DNA of 64,000 nucleotides, taken from assembly GCA_963782595.1 (NCBI GenBank), contig CAWAKJ010000005.1, forward strand, positions 729,581 to 793,580, written 5' to 3'. The notes under the pieces are model-generated. The model ran no database searches. It was given only the letters and a program-made list of their open reading frames with translations, and was not told the origin of the DNA. The stretch's first letter is position 1, and every line of letters starts with the position of its first letter. The translations under genes and the position numbers were made by a program. The stretch comes from Vicinamibacterales bacterium (GTDB lineage: Bacteria; Acidobacteriota; Vicinamibacteria; Vicinamibacterales; JAMQPK01). This document shows, piece after piece, positions 1 through 9,165 of this stretch.

Positions 1-1274
1 TCGACCAGTTCCTCAAGGCTGGAGCCGATCCGAACGATTCCGCCAATTTCGTGAACGCCGCAGAAACTCCGCTGATGCACGCCGCGCGTGCCGGCAGCGT
101 CGAGGCGGTGAACACGCTCATCCTCGCCGGTGCCCAGATCAACGCGCGCGAAACCTGGAACAGACAATCAGCGCTCATGTGGGCGGCGGCCGAAGGGCAC
201 GCGCCTGTCGTGCAGGCCCTCATCGAGGGCGGGGCCGACATTTACGCGCGTTCCAATGGGGGCACCACGCCCTTCCTGTTTGCCGTGCGCAAGGGACACA
301 TGGCGACAGTCAAAACGTTCCTGGCCGCTGGCGCCGATGTGAACGAGAAGAGAGTGGATTCCGCGACGCCGCTGCTCGTCGCGATTATCAACGGACACGA
401 GGATCTCGTGGATCTCTTGCTCGAGAAGGGCGCGAATCCGAACGTCGAGGGCGGGTCCACCGCGCTGTCGGTTCAGGGGATGAAGGCCCGGGCCCAGCGG
501 ATCCAGTTCAAGACGCCCTCCTATCGCGATCAGCTTCGCGACGTCGGCACCGAGGGTGGGAATGGCGCCAACAACAGCTGGGGCAAGCCGCTGCAGGCGG
601 CCGTGCACGTCGCCAACTGGCACATCAGCGACGAATTCATTTCGGTCAACATCGACCGGATGCGCATCATCAAAGCGCTCATCAAGCACGGCGCGGACGT
701 CAACGGGCGGAATACCGATATGGAGCCTCGATGGTCGGGCGCGCGGTATCGTCGGCGACAAGTCGGCTCAACCGCGTTCTTGTTTGCCGCGAAATCCGCC
801 GACGTCGAGGTGATGCGTCTGCTCCTCGAGCTTGGCGCCGATCCCAAGATGAACACGGGCGTGAACATCAACGCGGTCATGCTGGCTGCCGGCATTTCGT
901 GGGCCTCGAATCAGGATCGGGCCAGCGAAGAACAGGTGCTGGAAGCGGTGAAAATGCTGGTCGAAGAACTGGGCTTCGACGTCAATTTCGTCGCCGATAC
1001 CGGCGAGACGGCGCTGCACGCGGCCGCGTATCGCGGCGCCAACAGCGTTGTGCAGTATCTGTTCGACAAGGGCGCGAAGCTCGACGTGCCGGACAAGGCT
1101 GGACGAACGCCGCTGCAGGTCGCCGATGGTGTCGAATACGGAAATTCATTTGCGGCCAATCCACACACCGCGGTCTTGCTGCGTAAGTTGGGCGCCAAGG
1201 AAATACCGTGCCCGGGTCTGTGCCCGAATGTGATTCCCGACGAAGCGTTGCCGCCTGAGGAGGTTGTGCGATGA
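1..1274 (+). CDS. Ankyrin-repeat protein, 5'-truncated by window edge (paralog of 54688-56211)
   Basis: The frame of ORF 51-1274 stays open to base 3 (..DQFLKAGADPND..). It has repeated ~33-aa ANK units (TPLMHAARAGSVEAVNTLILAGAQIN; SALMWAAAEGHAPVVQALIEGGADI; TPFLFAVRKGHMATVKTFLAAGADVN). The stop overlaps the next start (ATGA at 1271-1274). Confidence 0.85.
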   Translation, partial: DQFLKAGADPNDSANFVNAAETPLMHAARAGSVEAVNTLILAGAQINARETWNRQSALMWAAAEGHAPVVQALIEGGADIYARSNGGTTPFLFAVRKGHMATVKTFLAAGADVNEKRVDSATPLLVAIINGHEDLVDLLLEKGANPNVEGGSTALSVQGMKARAQRIQFKTPSYRDQLRDVGTEGGNGANNSWGKPLQAAVHVANWHISDEFISVNIDRMRIIKALIKHGADVNGRNTDMEPRWSGARYRRRQVGSTAFLFAAKSADVEVMRLLLELGADPKMNTGVNINAVMLAAGISWASNQDRASEEQVLEAVKMLVEELGFDVNFVADTGETALHAAAYRGANSVVQYLFDKGAKLDVPDKAGRTPLQVADGVEYGNSFAANPHTAVLLRKLGAKEIPCPGLCPNVIPDEALPPEEVVR

Positions 1275-3736
1275 AGATCCTGTTGGCGGCCGCGACGTGT
1301 TTCACCGTGGCTGTGGCCCTTAACGCGCAAAACACCGCGCCCGCGGCGCCCGCCTCCGCGCAGGCTACGCAGAACGCTTCGGCGCGGCAGGCCCCTGCGG
1401 CGGCCCTCCCGGCCAATCAGGCCGTCGTCCAGAAGTACTGCGTGAGCTGCCACAACGAGAAGGTGAAATCGGGCGGGCTCGCGCTCACCTCGCTGGATAT
1501 GACGCGCGCGCCGAAGGACCTCGAGGCGTGGGAACACGTCATCCGCAAGGTTCGAACGGGAGCCATGCCGCCGGCCGGCCGGCCGCGACCCGACAAGGCG
1601 GCTGCCGAGAACCTCGTCACGTATCTGGAGACCGAGCTCGACAAGTTCGCAGCCGCCAATCCGAACCCGGGCCGCATCTCGCTGCAGCGCCTGAACCGCT
1701 CGGAGTATCGCAACGCGATCCGCGATCTGCTGGCGATCGAAATCGACGCCGCGTCGATGCTGCCGGCCGATGTCGCCGGCCACGGGTTCGACAACAATGC
1801 CGACGCGCTGACGCTGTCGCCCGCGTTGACGGAACGATATCTCGGCGCCGCGGCCAAAATCAGCCAGATGGCGCTCGCACGGCCGCGAGGGCTTCCACTG
1901 CCCGAGACGTTCTTCGTGCCGACCGATCGCAATCAGGGCACGCGCGTCAGCGACGACCTGCCCTTCGGATCTCGCGGCGGACTCGCGATCAAGTATTACT
2001 TCCCCTCCGACGGGGAGTACTTATTCGAGATGCGGCCCCAGGAAAGCGGGGCGGGCGGTGGATTCCAGGGTATTACGGCCGAGCCTCACCAGCTCGACAT
2101 CGCCATCGACGACGTCAAGGCCGGCACGGTGACGCTGGGTGGGCCGGCGATGGCCCGTGGGCGTGGCGGCGATCCTGATGCCGGTGGCGACTATGCTCGC
2201 GAGGATCGGAACAAGAAGATCCTCGAAATGCTGAAGTTCCGCGTGCCGGTCAAGGCGGGCTCGCACGTGGTTCAGGCGTACTTCGCCGCCAAGACCTCTG
2301 CCTATCTCGAAGACCTCTTCGACCAGTCGCTGCGTCGCGATCCCTATCGTGCGGGCGGCGGCGAGCCGAAGATTGCGAGTCTTACGATCACGGGGCCATT
2401 GCCGGAGACGGCGGTGCCAACCGACTCGGCCAGCCGCACGCGCGTCCTGACGTGTGCTCCCAACTCGGCGACCGATGAAGGCTGCGCGAAAAAGATCATC
2501 TCGACGCTCGCGCGTCGTGCGTATCGGCGTCCCGTGACCGACGCCGATCTTCAGGTGCCGCTCGCCTCGTATCGCGACGGCGTGAAGAAAGGCGGCTTCG
2601 AGGCGGGCGTCGAGCTGGCGCTTCGCAGCATCCTGGTGAGCCCGAACTTCCTGTTCAGGTTCGAAGCTCAGCCGCAGGCCCTGGCGCCCAACACGCCGTA
2701 TCGCATCAGCGATCTCGAGTTGGCGACGCGACTGTCGTTCTTCCTCTGGAGCAGCATCCCGGACGAGGCGCTCCTGGACGTGGCAGTGAAAAACAATCTG
2801 CGCAAGCCAGAGGTTCTGCAGCAGCAGGTGAAGCGGATGCTCGACGACCCGCGGTCGCAGGCGCTGGTGGAGAACTTCGCGGGTCAGTGGCTGCACCTTC
2901 GCAACGTGGCCGTGCATCAGCCGAGTCCGGAGTTGCTCTTCCACTTCGACGACAACCTGCGGAGGGCCTTCGAGCAAGAGACGCAGATGTTCTTCGACAG
3001 CATCCTCCGCGAAAACCGGAGCGTCGTCGACCTGCTGGACGCCAACTACACATTCCTGAACGAACGCCTCGCTCGGCACTACGGCATTCCCGGCGTGCTC
3101 GGCGAGCGGTTCAGACGCGTGTCGCTGCCGGCCGACAGTCCGCGCGGCGGGTTGTTGGGACAAGGCTCGATTCTGATGTCCACCTCGTATCCGAACCGGA
3201 CATCGCCTGTCATCCGCGGCAAATGGATTCTGGAGAATGTGTTCGGTGCACCGCCTCCACCGCCGCCGCCGAACGTGCCCGAGCTCAAGGACAGCAGAGA
3301 CCCGCGGAAGATTCTGCCGATGCGCGAACAGCTCGCGGCGCACCGCGCCAACCCTGCGTGCGCCGGCTGTCACGCACAGATGGATCAACTCGGGTTTGCC
3401 CTCGAAAACTTCGACGGCATTGGCGAGTGGCGAGACCTGTACGCCTCGGGCGCCAGGGTGGATGCATCGGCCCAGCTTCCCGACGGAACGAAGTTCAACG
3501 GTCCGGCGGACCTGCGGAAGGTGCTGCGCGCGCATTCCGACGAGTTCCTGACCACGGTGGCCGAGAAGCTGTTGACGTATGCACTCGGCAGAGGGCTCGA
3601 GGCGAGCGACGCGCCGGTCGTCCGCAAAATCAAGCGGGACGCGACACGCGAGAACCACACTTTTGCCGCGCTGGTTCAGGGAATCGTCACGAGTACACCG
3701 TTTACGATGAGGATGGCGATCGAGGACGCAAACTGA
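1271..3736 (+). CDS. DUF1592/DUF1585/DUF1587/DUF1588/DUF1595-type multidomain protein with N-terminal c-type haem motif
   Basis: Signal peptide MKILLAAATCFTVAVALNA and a single CxxCH (CVSCH). Conserved blocks LSFFLWSSIPD, NFAGQWLHLRN and HRANPACAGCHAQMDQLGFALENFDGIG are shared with the paralog at 50877-53312. Family name is from memory of planctomycete/acidobacterial families. Confidence 0.85.
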   Translation: MKILLAAATCFTVAVALNAQNTAPAAPASAQATQNASARQAPAAALPANQAVVQKYCVSCHNEKVKSGGLALTSLDMTRAPKDLEAWEHVIRKVRTGAMPPAGRPRPDKAAAENLVTYLETELDKFAAANPNPGRISLQRLNRSEYRNAIRDLLAIEIDAASMLPADVAGHGFDNNADALTLSPALTERYLGAAAKISQMALARPRGLPLPETFFVPTDRNQGTRVSDDLPFGSRGGLAIKYYFPSDGEYLFEMRPQESGAGGGFQGITAEPHQLDIAIDDVKAGTVTLGGPAMARGRGGDPDAGGDYAREDRNKKILEMLKFRVPVKAGSHVVQAYFAAKTSAYLEDLFDQSLRRDPYRAGGGEPKIASLTITGPLPETAVPTDSASRTRVLTCAPNSATDEGCAKKIISTLARRAYRRPVTDADLQVPLASYRDGVKKGGFEAGVELALRSILVSPNFLFRFEAQPQALAPNTPYRISDLELATRLSFFLWSSIPDEALLDVAVKNNLRKPEVLQQQVKRMLDDPRSQALVENFAGQWLHLRNVAVHQPSPELLFHFDDNLRRAFEQETQMFFDSILRENRSVVDLLDANYTFLNERLARHYGIPGVLGERFRRVSLPADSPRGGLLGQGSILMSTSYPNRTSPVIRGKWILENVFGAPPPPPPPNVPELKDSRDPRKILPMREQLAAHRANPACAGCHAQMDQLGFALENFDGIGEWRDLYASGARVDASAQLPDGTKFNGPADLRKVLRAHSDEFLTTVAEKLLTYALGRGLEASDAPVVRKIKRDATRENHTFAALVQGIVTSTPFTMRMAIEDAN

Positions 3737-3744
3737 CGACGAAT

Positions 3745-3796
3745 GCGTAGTGTCCGGCTTTAGCCGGACCAAAGTAGTGTCCGGCTGCAGCCGGAC
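3745..3796 (+). repeat. REP family 1, two tandem copies (GTAGTGTCCGGCTTTAGCCGGAC / GTAGTGTCCGGCTGCAGCCGGAC)
   Basis: A GTAG tetranucleotide is followed by a 7-bp-stem hairpin GTCCGGC-NNNN-GCCGGAC. The second copy ends 5 nt before SD AGGAGG (3802-3807) of the 3815 gene. Six further copies occur in the window. Confidence 0.8.
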
Positions 3797-3814
3797 GATT
3801 CAGGAGGCTGTCGA

Positions 3815-5143
3815 ATGGTGATCACAAAGTTAGCGTTGCCACGGCGGATGTTCATCCGCGGCATCGGCGCAGCCGTCGCGCTGCCGTTCCTCGATGCGAT
3901 GGTCCCGGCGATGAGAGCGCAGGCGAAAGCGGCGCCCAGATTCACCGCGATCTATTGCGGAAACGGCGCCAACATGGGCGAGTGGACGCCTGCCACAGAT
4001 GGCGTGGGCTTCCAGATGTCGTCGAGCTTGAAGCCGATCGAGGCCTATCGCGATCGCCTCATGGTCGTGACCGGCCTGGACAACTACCAGGCCACGGACC
4101 AGGGCGACGTTGGCGGGCAGCATCCTCGCGCCGCACCGGCCTTTATGAGCTGCGCGCACCCGAAGCAGACCGAAGGTGCCGACGTTGTGGCAGGCATCAC
4201 CATCGATCAGTTGATTGCCGAGAAGATCTGCCGCGACACCAAGCTGCCCTCACTCGAAGTCTCGGTCGACCGCAACGACGTCGTCGGTGCGTGCGATCAC
4301 GGCTATGCGTGCGCCTACATGAACTCGATGTCGTGGAGGACGCCGACGACCCCGCTGCCGTCGGAAACGAATCCACGGTTCGTATTCGAGCGGATGTTTG
4401 GCGTCGGCTCGACCGCCGAAGAGCGCCTGGCTCGAGTCCAGGAAGATCGGAGCATCCTCGACGGTCTGACGCAGGAAATCTCCAATCTTCGTCGAAGGCT
4501 TGGCGCAAGCGATCGGACCAAGCTGGGTCAGTATTTCGATGCGGTTCGCGACGTGGAGCAGCGCATCGTCCGGGCCGAGTCGACCAACAGCACCTTCGAG
4601 GTGCCCGATCAGCCGGTCGGCGTGCCCGAGACGTTCAAGGAATACATCGAGCTGATGTTCGACCTGCAGGTGCTCGCGTTCCAGGCCGACATCACTCGCG
4701 TCAGTTCGCTGATGATGGCGCGGGAAAACGTCAATCGCTCGTATCCCGAGATTGGGTTGCCGGAAGCGCATCACTCGATATCGCACCACGGCTTCAATCC
4801 GGAGAAGATGAAGAACTACGCCAAGCTGAACGCGTACCACGTCGAAACGCTCGGCTACTACCTGCAGAAGCTGGATGCCATCAAGGACGGCGACGGCTCT
4901 CTGCTGGATCACACGGCCGTGCTCTTTGGCAGCGGGATGAGCGAAGGCAATACGCACAACAATTACAACGTTCCTGTGATTGTCGTGGGCGGGAAATCGC
5001 AGCAAATCAAGGGCGATCGGCACCTCCGGTATCCAAAGGGGACGCCGCTCGCGAATCTCATGCTGGGCCTGTCGGACAGGTACGGCGTGAAGGTGGACAA
5101 GTTCGGCGACAGCACGGCGGCGATCGACCTGTTGACCGTGTGA
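3815..5143 (+). CDS. DUF1552 family protein (Tat-like signal)
   Basis: SD AGGAGG lies 7 nt upstream. The N-terminus LPRRMFIRGIGAAVALPFLDAM is Tat-like, and the HHSISHHG block is present. Paralog at 53309-54688; this family characteristically partners DUF1592 genes. Confidence 0.85.
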   Translation: MVITKLALPRRMFIRGIGAAVALPFLDAMVPAMRAQAKAAPRFTAIYCGNGANMGEWTPATDGVGFQMSSSLKPIEAYRDRLMVVTGLDNYQATDQGDVGGQHPRAAPAFMSCAHPKQTEGADVVAGITIDQLIAEKICRDTKLPSLEVSVDRNDVVGACDHGYACAYMNSMSWRTPTTPLPSETNPRFVFERMFGVGSTAEERLARVQEDRSILDGLTQEISNLRRRLGASDRTKLGQYFDAVRDVEQRIVRAESTNSTFEVPDQPVGVPETFKEYIELMFDLQVLAFQADITRVSSLMMARENVNRSYPEIGLPEAHHSISHHGFNPEKMKNYAKLNAYHVETLGYYLQKLDAIKDGDGSLLDHTAVLFGSGMSEGNTHNNYNVPVIVVGGKSQQIKGDRHLRYPKGTPLANLMLGLSDRYGVKVDKFGDSTAAIDLLTV

Positions 5144-5155
5144 AAACCAAACCCA

Positions 5156-5179
5156 GGGATTAGGGACTGGGGATTAGGG
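5156..5179 (+). repeat. GGGATTA/GGGACTG heptad repeat forming a four-tract G-quadruplex motif
   Basis: GGGattaGGGactGGGGattaGGG: four G3+ tracts with 3-4-nt loops, 13 nt after the DUF1552 stop. Same repeat family as 34145-34202. Confidence 0.7.
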
Positions 5180-5192
5180 ACTAGCACTACCT

Positions 5193-5232
5193 AGGACGTT
5201 GTGGCGGCTCAGGCGCCACAACGTCCTTTTTC
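5193..5232 (+). terminator. Rho-independent terminator
   Basis: AGGACGTTGTGGCG-gctcag-(G)CGCCACAACGTCCT forms a perfect 14-bp stem followed by TTTTTC. It sits downstream of the 3815-5143 gene. Confidence 0.8.
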
Positions 5233-5249
5233 TTGTACCCTTAGCCATC

Positions 5250-7595
5250 ATGAGTACCGGTCGCCTCATACCTGCCGTCGTTCTTGCGCTGTTGGCAGTT
5301 GCCGGCCCTCTATTGGCGCAGACATCGCCGCTCACGGGCCGTGTCGTCGATCCTCTCGGTGGCCGCGTTGCGAGTGCCGAGATTGTGCTGCTGACAGGTA
5401 CATCGCAGCGCGTGAACGCCACGCGATCGAGAGCGGATGGAGGGTTCGCGTTCGATGCCGTCGCTCCCGGCGAGTACATCCTGCAGGTCAGTGCTCCAGG
5501 CTTTGCCGAACGGACTCAACCGGTGAGAGTCGGCGGCGACACGGTTGTCGTGACGGTGACGCTCGACCTCGCGGGTGTTGTCGAGGATGTCACCGTACAG
5601 GGCGCCATGATGGGCACGGCCGCAACGGGAAAGACGAACCTGCCCGTGCGCGAGCTGCCGATGACGGTGCAGAGCGTCCCCAGCCATGTCCTCCGCGAGC
5701 AGGGTGCGAACGATCTCGTGGCCGCACTGCAGAACGTGCCGGGCGTGTATGCGTTCACAAACTATGGTGTGTACGAGGGCTATGCGTTCCGCGGGTTTCT
5801 GGATCTGTTTCCTTCCATGGCGAATCAGCTCGTCGACGGGGTGCGGCACGAAGGCAATCGCATCAATGCTCAACTGACCAACGTTGAGCGGGTCGAAGTA
5901 CTGAAGGGACCCTCGTCGGCGCTTTACGGTGGTGGGGCGATTGGCGCGACCGTCAATCTGATCCGGAAGAAACCATCGGCTCAGCCGGCTTACGATTTCT
6001 CGGTTGCAGCCGGGAGCTGGAATCTGATGCGCGGCACACTCGGTGCCACGGGACGGCTGGCGTCGGACACGATCCTCTATCGCGTGGACGTCGGTATCGA
6101 GAATGCGGATGGTTACCGGCACAACTCGCCGAGCCGAGTTCAGGTGTCGCCATCGGTAGCCTGGCGCATCGGGACCAACGATCAGATCAACGTGTACTAC
6201 ACGTTCAACCGCGATCGTTTCGCTGGCGATGCCGGTATCCCGCTTCTGAACACCGACTCGGGCTCGCCGCTGCCGGAAAGCGTCTTTCCAGACGTGCCGC
6301 GCGATCGAAACTACCGGACGCCGTTCGATTTCGCCGGGGCCTACGATCACAACCTGCAGATTAGTTACGCCCGCCAATTGAGCGGTTCGTGGGGATTCCG
6401 CAACACGTTTTCCTATCGCCCCGTGAACGACGACTACTTTCTCGCCGAATACCTCTTCGTGGAACCGCCGACCGCGGTGTACCGCGAATATCTGCAGTTC
6501 AAACACCACCGGCGCCCCATGACCAACCTTGCCGAAGCGACCGCGCGCATTGCCGGTCGCATCGAGCACAACATCGTCCTGGGCTGGGAAGGCCAGCATT
6601 ACAGGAGCCGTTCGAACACGATTCCAGACGGTGGCGTCGCCGAAGCTGAATACATTGATCTGTTCAACCCCATCGAGACGCAACAGGACATTTCAAAACC
6701 GCTCGCGCGTGTTGCGCACTTCACGCACAAGACGAACGCGTTCTACGCCCAGGATCATCTGACGCTCGGAGCGAAGGTCAAGGCCATGGTTGGTGGCCGC
6801 TTCGATGTGTTCCGGCGCACAAGCCACAACAACCCCGTCACGGACGGCAGGGAAACAGAAGGCCCCCTGCTGCGGCGCGAAGCCGATTCGCTGACCGGCC
6901 GGCTTGGTCTCGTGTATCAACCTGCAGCGACGCTCGACCTCTATGGCTCCTTTGCCAGTTCGTTTCGACCGCTGACGCAGGCACAGCCGGATGGCACCAC
7001 GCTCGAGCCCGAATCGGGCAAGCAGGTGGAGTTCGGGCAGCGGATTCACGTGTTTCGCGATCGAGTGCAGATCAATACGGCGCTCTTTCATATCGTGCGC
7101 CGGAATGTGGCGTTTTCACGCCCTGGCGGCTTCTTCGATCAGGCGAGCGACGTGCGGTCGCGCGGCTTTGAAGCTGATGTGACGACTGCGCCCGTGTCGA
7201 ACTGGCGCATCAACGGCGGGTATGCGTTCACGAACGCCGAGTTCGGCAACTACTTCGTCGACGCCGAGACGAACCTGAAGGGTAATGCGTCCATCATGGC
7301 GCCGCGTCACATGGTCAACGTGTGGACCGCCTATGACTGGCCGAACGGTTTTGGCCTGAACGTCGGTCTCCGGTCGCAGAGCCGGATGTTCATCGATCGC
7401 AACAACGACTTCACCATCAAAGGATACGGACTGCTCAACCTGGGTGCACGCTATCGCCGCGATCGAGTCGAATACGCGGTGAACATCAACAACGTTACAG
7501 ATACCCAATACTTCGCGTCGGTCCTGTACGACAGTCAGTTGTATCCCGGTGAGCCGATCAACGTGCTCGCCACCGTTCGGGTTCGCCTGAGATAG
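5250..7595 (+). CDS. TonB-dependent outer-membrane receptor (siderophore-receptor-like) with N-terminal CarboxypepD_reg-like domain
   Basis: Start placed at ATG 5250, because the ORF-track start 5199 lies inside the terminator hairpin. Signal peptide ends ..GPLLAQ. Beta-sandwich block GRVVDPLGGRVASAEIVL, plug block VEVLKGPSSALYGGGAIGATVNLI, then a long beta-barrel region. Confidence 0.85.
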   Translation: MSTGRLIPAVVLALLAVAGPLLAQTSPLTGRVVDPLGGRVASAEIVLLTGTSQRVNATRSRADGGFAFDAVAPGEYILQVSAPGFAERTQPVRVGGDTVVVTVTLDLAGVVEDVTVQGAMMGTAATGKTNLPVRELPMTVQSVPSHVLREQGANDLVAALQNVPGVYAFTNYGVYEGYAFRGFLDLFPSMANQLVDGVRHEGNRINAQLTNVERVEVLKGPSSALYGGGAIGATVNLIRKKPSAQPAYDFSVAAGSWNLMRGTLGATGRLASDTILYRVDVGIENADGYRHNSPSRVQVSPSVAWRIGTNDQINVYYTFNRDRFAGDAGIPLLNTDSGSPLPESVFPDVPRDRNYRTPFDFAGAYDHNLQISYARQLSGSWGFRNTFSYRPVNDDYFLAEYLFVEPPTAVYREYLQFKHHRRPMTNLAEATARIAGRIEHNIVLGWEGQHYRSRSNTIPDGGVAEAEYIDLFNPIETQQDISKPLARVAHFTHKTNAFYAQDHLTLGAKVKAMVGGRFDVFRRTSHNNPVTDGRETEGPLLRREADSLTGRLGLVYQPAATLDLYGSFASSFRPLTQAQPDGTTLEPESGKQVEFGQRIHVFRDRVQINTALFHIVRRNVAFSRPGGFFDQASDVRSRGFEADVTTAPVSNWRINGGYAFTNAEFGNYFVDAETNLKGNASIMAPRHMVNVWTAYDWPNGFGLNVGLRSQSRMFIDRNNDFTIKGYGLLNLGARYRRDRVEYAVNINNVTDTQYFASVLYDSQLYPGEPINVLATVRVRLR

Positions 7596-7601
7596 AGACC
7601 A

Positions 7602-9095
7602 TTGCAGACACGCTCGTGGCTGAAGCGGGCGTTGATTGTCAGTCATCGGTGGCTCGGTGTCGGGCTGTGCCTGTTCTTTCTCTTATGGTTCCTCTCCGGC
7701 ATCGGCATGATGTACTGGGAGTTTCCCAATGTCAGCGCCGCCGACCGCCTCGACCGTTCCTCTGCACTAAGTCCTGACTCTGTGCGCCTGACTCCGGCAG
7801 AGGCATTCGAGAAATCTGGTCTGTTGCAACCCGTAACAAACGTGCGTCTCGGTGTGTTCGAAGGTCGCCCAGTCTATCGATTCGGATCGGGCCGCCAGGA
7901 GAACCTCGTGTACGCAGACAGCGGGGAACGACGAGGCGAAGTCACGCGAGAGATGATGCAGCGCATCGCAACGGCCTGGAGGGGAGACGCTGATGCGCCG
8001 GTGGCCATCGAACCGATTGCCGATGTTGACCAATGGACCCTTCAGTTGCGCGGGTCCATGCCGCTGTGGAAATTCAGGTGGGCCGGCGGGGAGGAGGTGT
8101 ACGTGTCTCAGTCCTCTGGCGAGGTCGTGCAGTACACGACACCCGGCTCCCGCCTCGGAGCGTACCTCGGTCCGATTCCGCATTGGCTGTACTTCACGCC
8201 GTTGCGAAAACATGCGCGGCAATGGAGCATGCTGGTCATCTGGCTCTCTGCTCTTGGAACGGTGACTGCCATGCTCGGCGTCACTGTCGGCGTCTGGATG
8301 TATTCGCCCGGAAAGCGATATCGCGAGGCTGGCGTGCCGTCACGCATCCCGTATCGGGGTGCAAAGCGGTGGCACATGGTCTTCGGCCTGATTTTCGGGC
8401 TTGGCGCGGCCACATGGGCCTTCAGCGGCATGCTCTCGATGGATCCCTTTCCCTCGCAGCGCACCAGCGGGGCCGGGCTCGCGTACGCCGAGGGACTCTC
8501 GCGCGCGCTTCGAGGGAACGTGCGGCTCGCGAGCTTCGACGCAAGGTCGCCCCGAGAGGCCCTTTTGCAGTTGGCCGGGTCGAAGGTGCGAGAGCTCGAG
8601 TTGGTCGCCCTGGCCGGAAGGCCGTTCTACGTCGCGTCACTCGGAGCTGGCAACTCGCGCATTGTTCCGATCGACGGACCGCCGAGATCCGAATTCGAGC
8701 AACAGCATCTTGAGGAGGCGGTGAGAGTGGCGATCCGGTCGGCTGAACCTCCGGTTATCGACACACTCGATCAGTACGATCGGTACTACCTCGACAGACA
8801 CCGCGAATTGCCATTGCCCGTGCTTCGGGTGCGCCTGAATGATGGTGAGCACACGCGCTATTACATCGATCCCAAAACCGCTCGAGTGGTAGGAAGCTAC
8901 AACTCTCAAGACTGGATGGCGCGATGGGCTTACCACGGACTGCATTCGCTCAATTTCCCATGGCTGTACAACTACCGGCCGCTTTGGGACATTGTGGTCA
9001 TCGCATTCATGGTCGGTGGCGCGGCATTGAGCATGACCTCGCTGGTGCTGGCGTGGGGCGTCATCGGACGCCGGCTGAGCGGTCCGCAGGGATAG
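7602..9095 (+). CDS. PepSY-associated TM-helix protein (PiuB-like)
   Basis: TTG start 7 nt after the receptor stop. N-terminal RSWLKRALIVSHRWLGVGLCLFFLLWFLSG and C-terminal TM helices are typical of the PepSY_TM family that accompanies siderophore receptors. Confidence 0.75.
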   Translation: MQTRSWLKRALIVSHRWLGVGLCLFFLLWFLSGIGMMYWEFPNVSAADRLDRSSALSPDSVRLTPAEAFEKSGLLQPVTNVRLGVFEGRPVYRFGSGRQENLVYADSGERRGEVTREMMQRIATAWRGDADAPVAIEPIADVDQWTLQLRGSMPLWKFRWAGGEEVYVSQSSGEVVQYTTPGSRLGAYLGPIPHWLYFTPLRKHARQWSMLVIWLSALGTVTAMLGVTVGVWMYSPGKRYREAGVPSRIPYRGAKRWHMVFGLIFGLGAATWAFSGMLSMDPFPSQRTSGAGLAYAEGLSRALRGNVRLASFDARSPREALLQLAGSKVRELELVALAGRPFYVASLGAGNSRIVPIDGPPRSEFEQQHLEEAVRVAIRSAEPPVIDTLDQYDRYYLDRHRELPLPVLRVRLNDGEHTRYYIDPKTARVVGSYNSQDWMARWAYHGLHSLNFPWLYNYRPLWDIVVIAFMVGGAALSMTSLVLAWGVIGRRLSGPQG

Positions 9096-9165
9096 CGTCC
9101 TTTACGGCTTTTGGTGCTACGATTTCACTGCTCAGATTACCCTCAAGCAAGGGAGTCGCTTGTCT

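Noticed and set aside
2021-3772. Long antisense ORFs. Examples: 2021-3772, 5310-6683, 9235-10041, 23116-24030, 24205-25773, 26056-27078, 38990-39967, 43471-44619, 51720-52958, 53330-54553, 54685-55824.
   Set aside because: Stop-poor antisense frames are expected in GC-rich DNA. The products are Arg/Ala/Pro/Gly-rich, while the opposite strand carries recognisable protein families.
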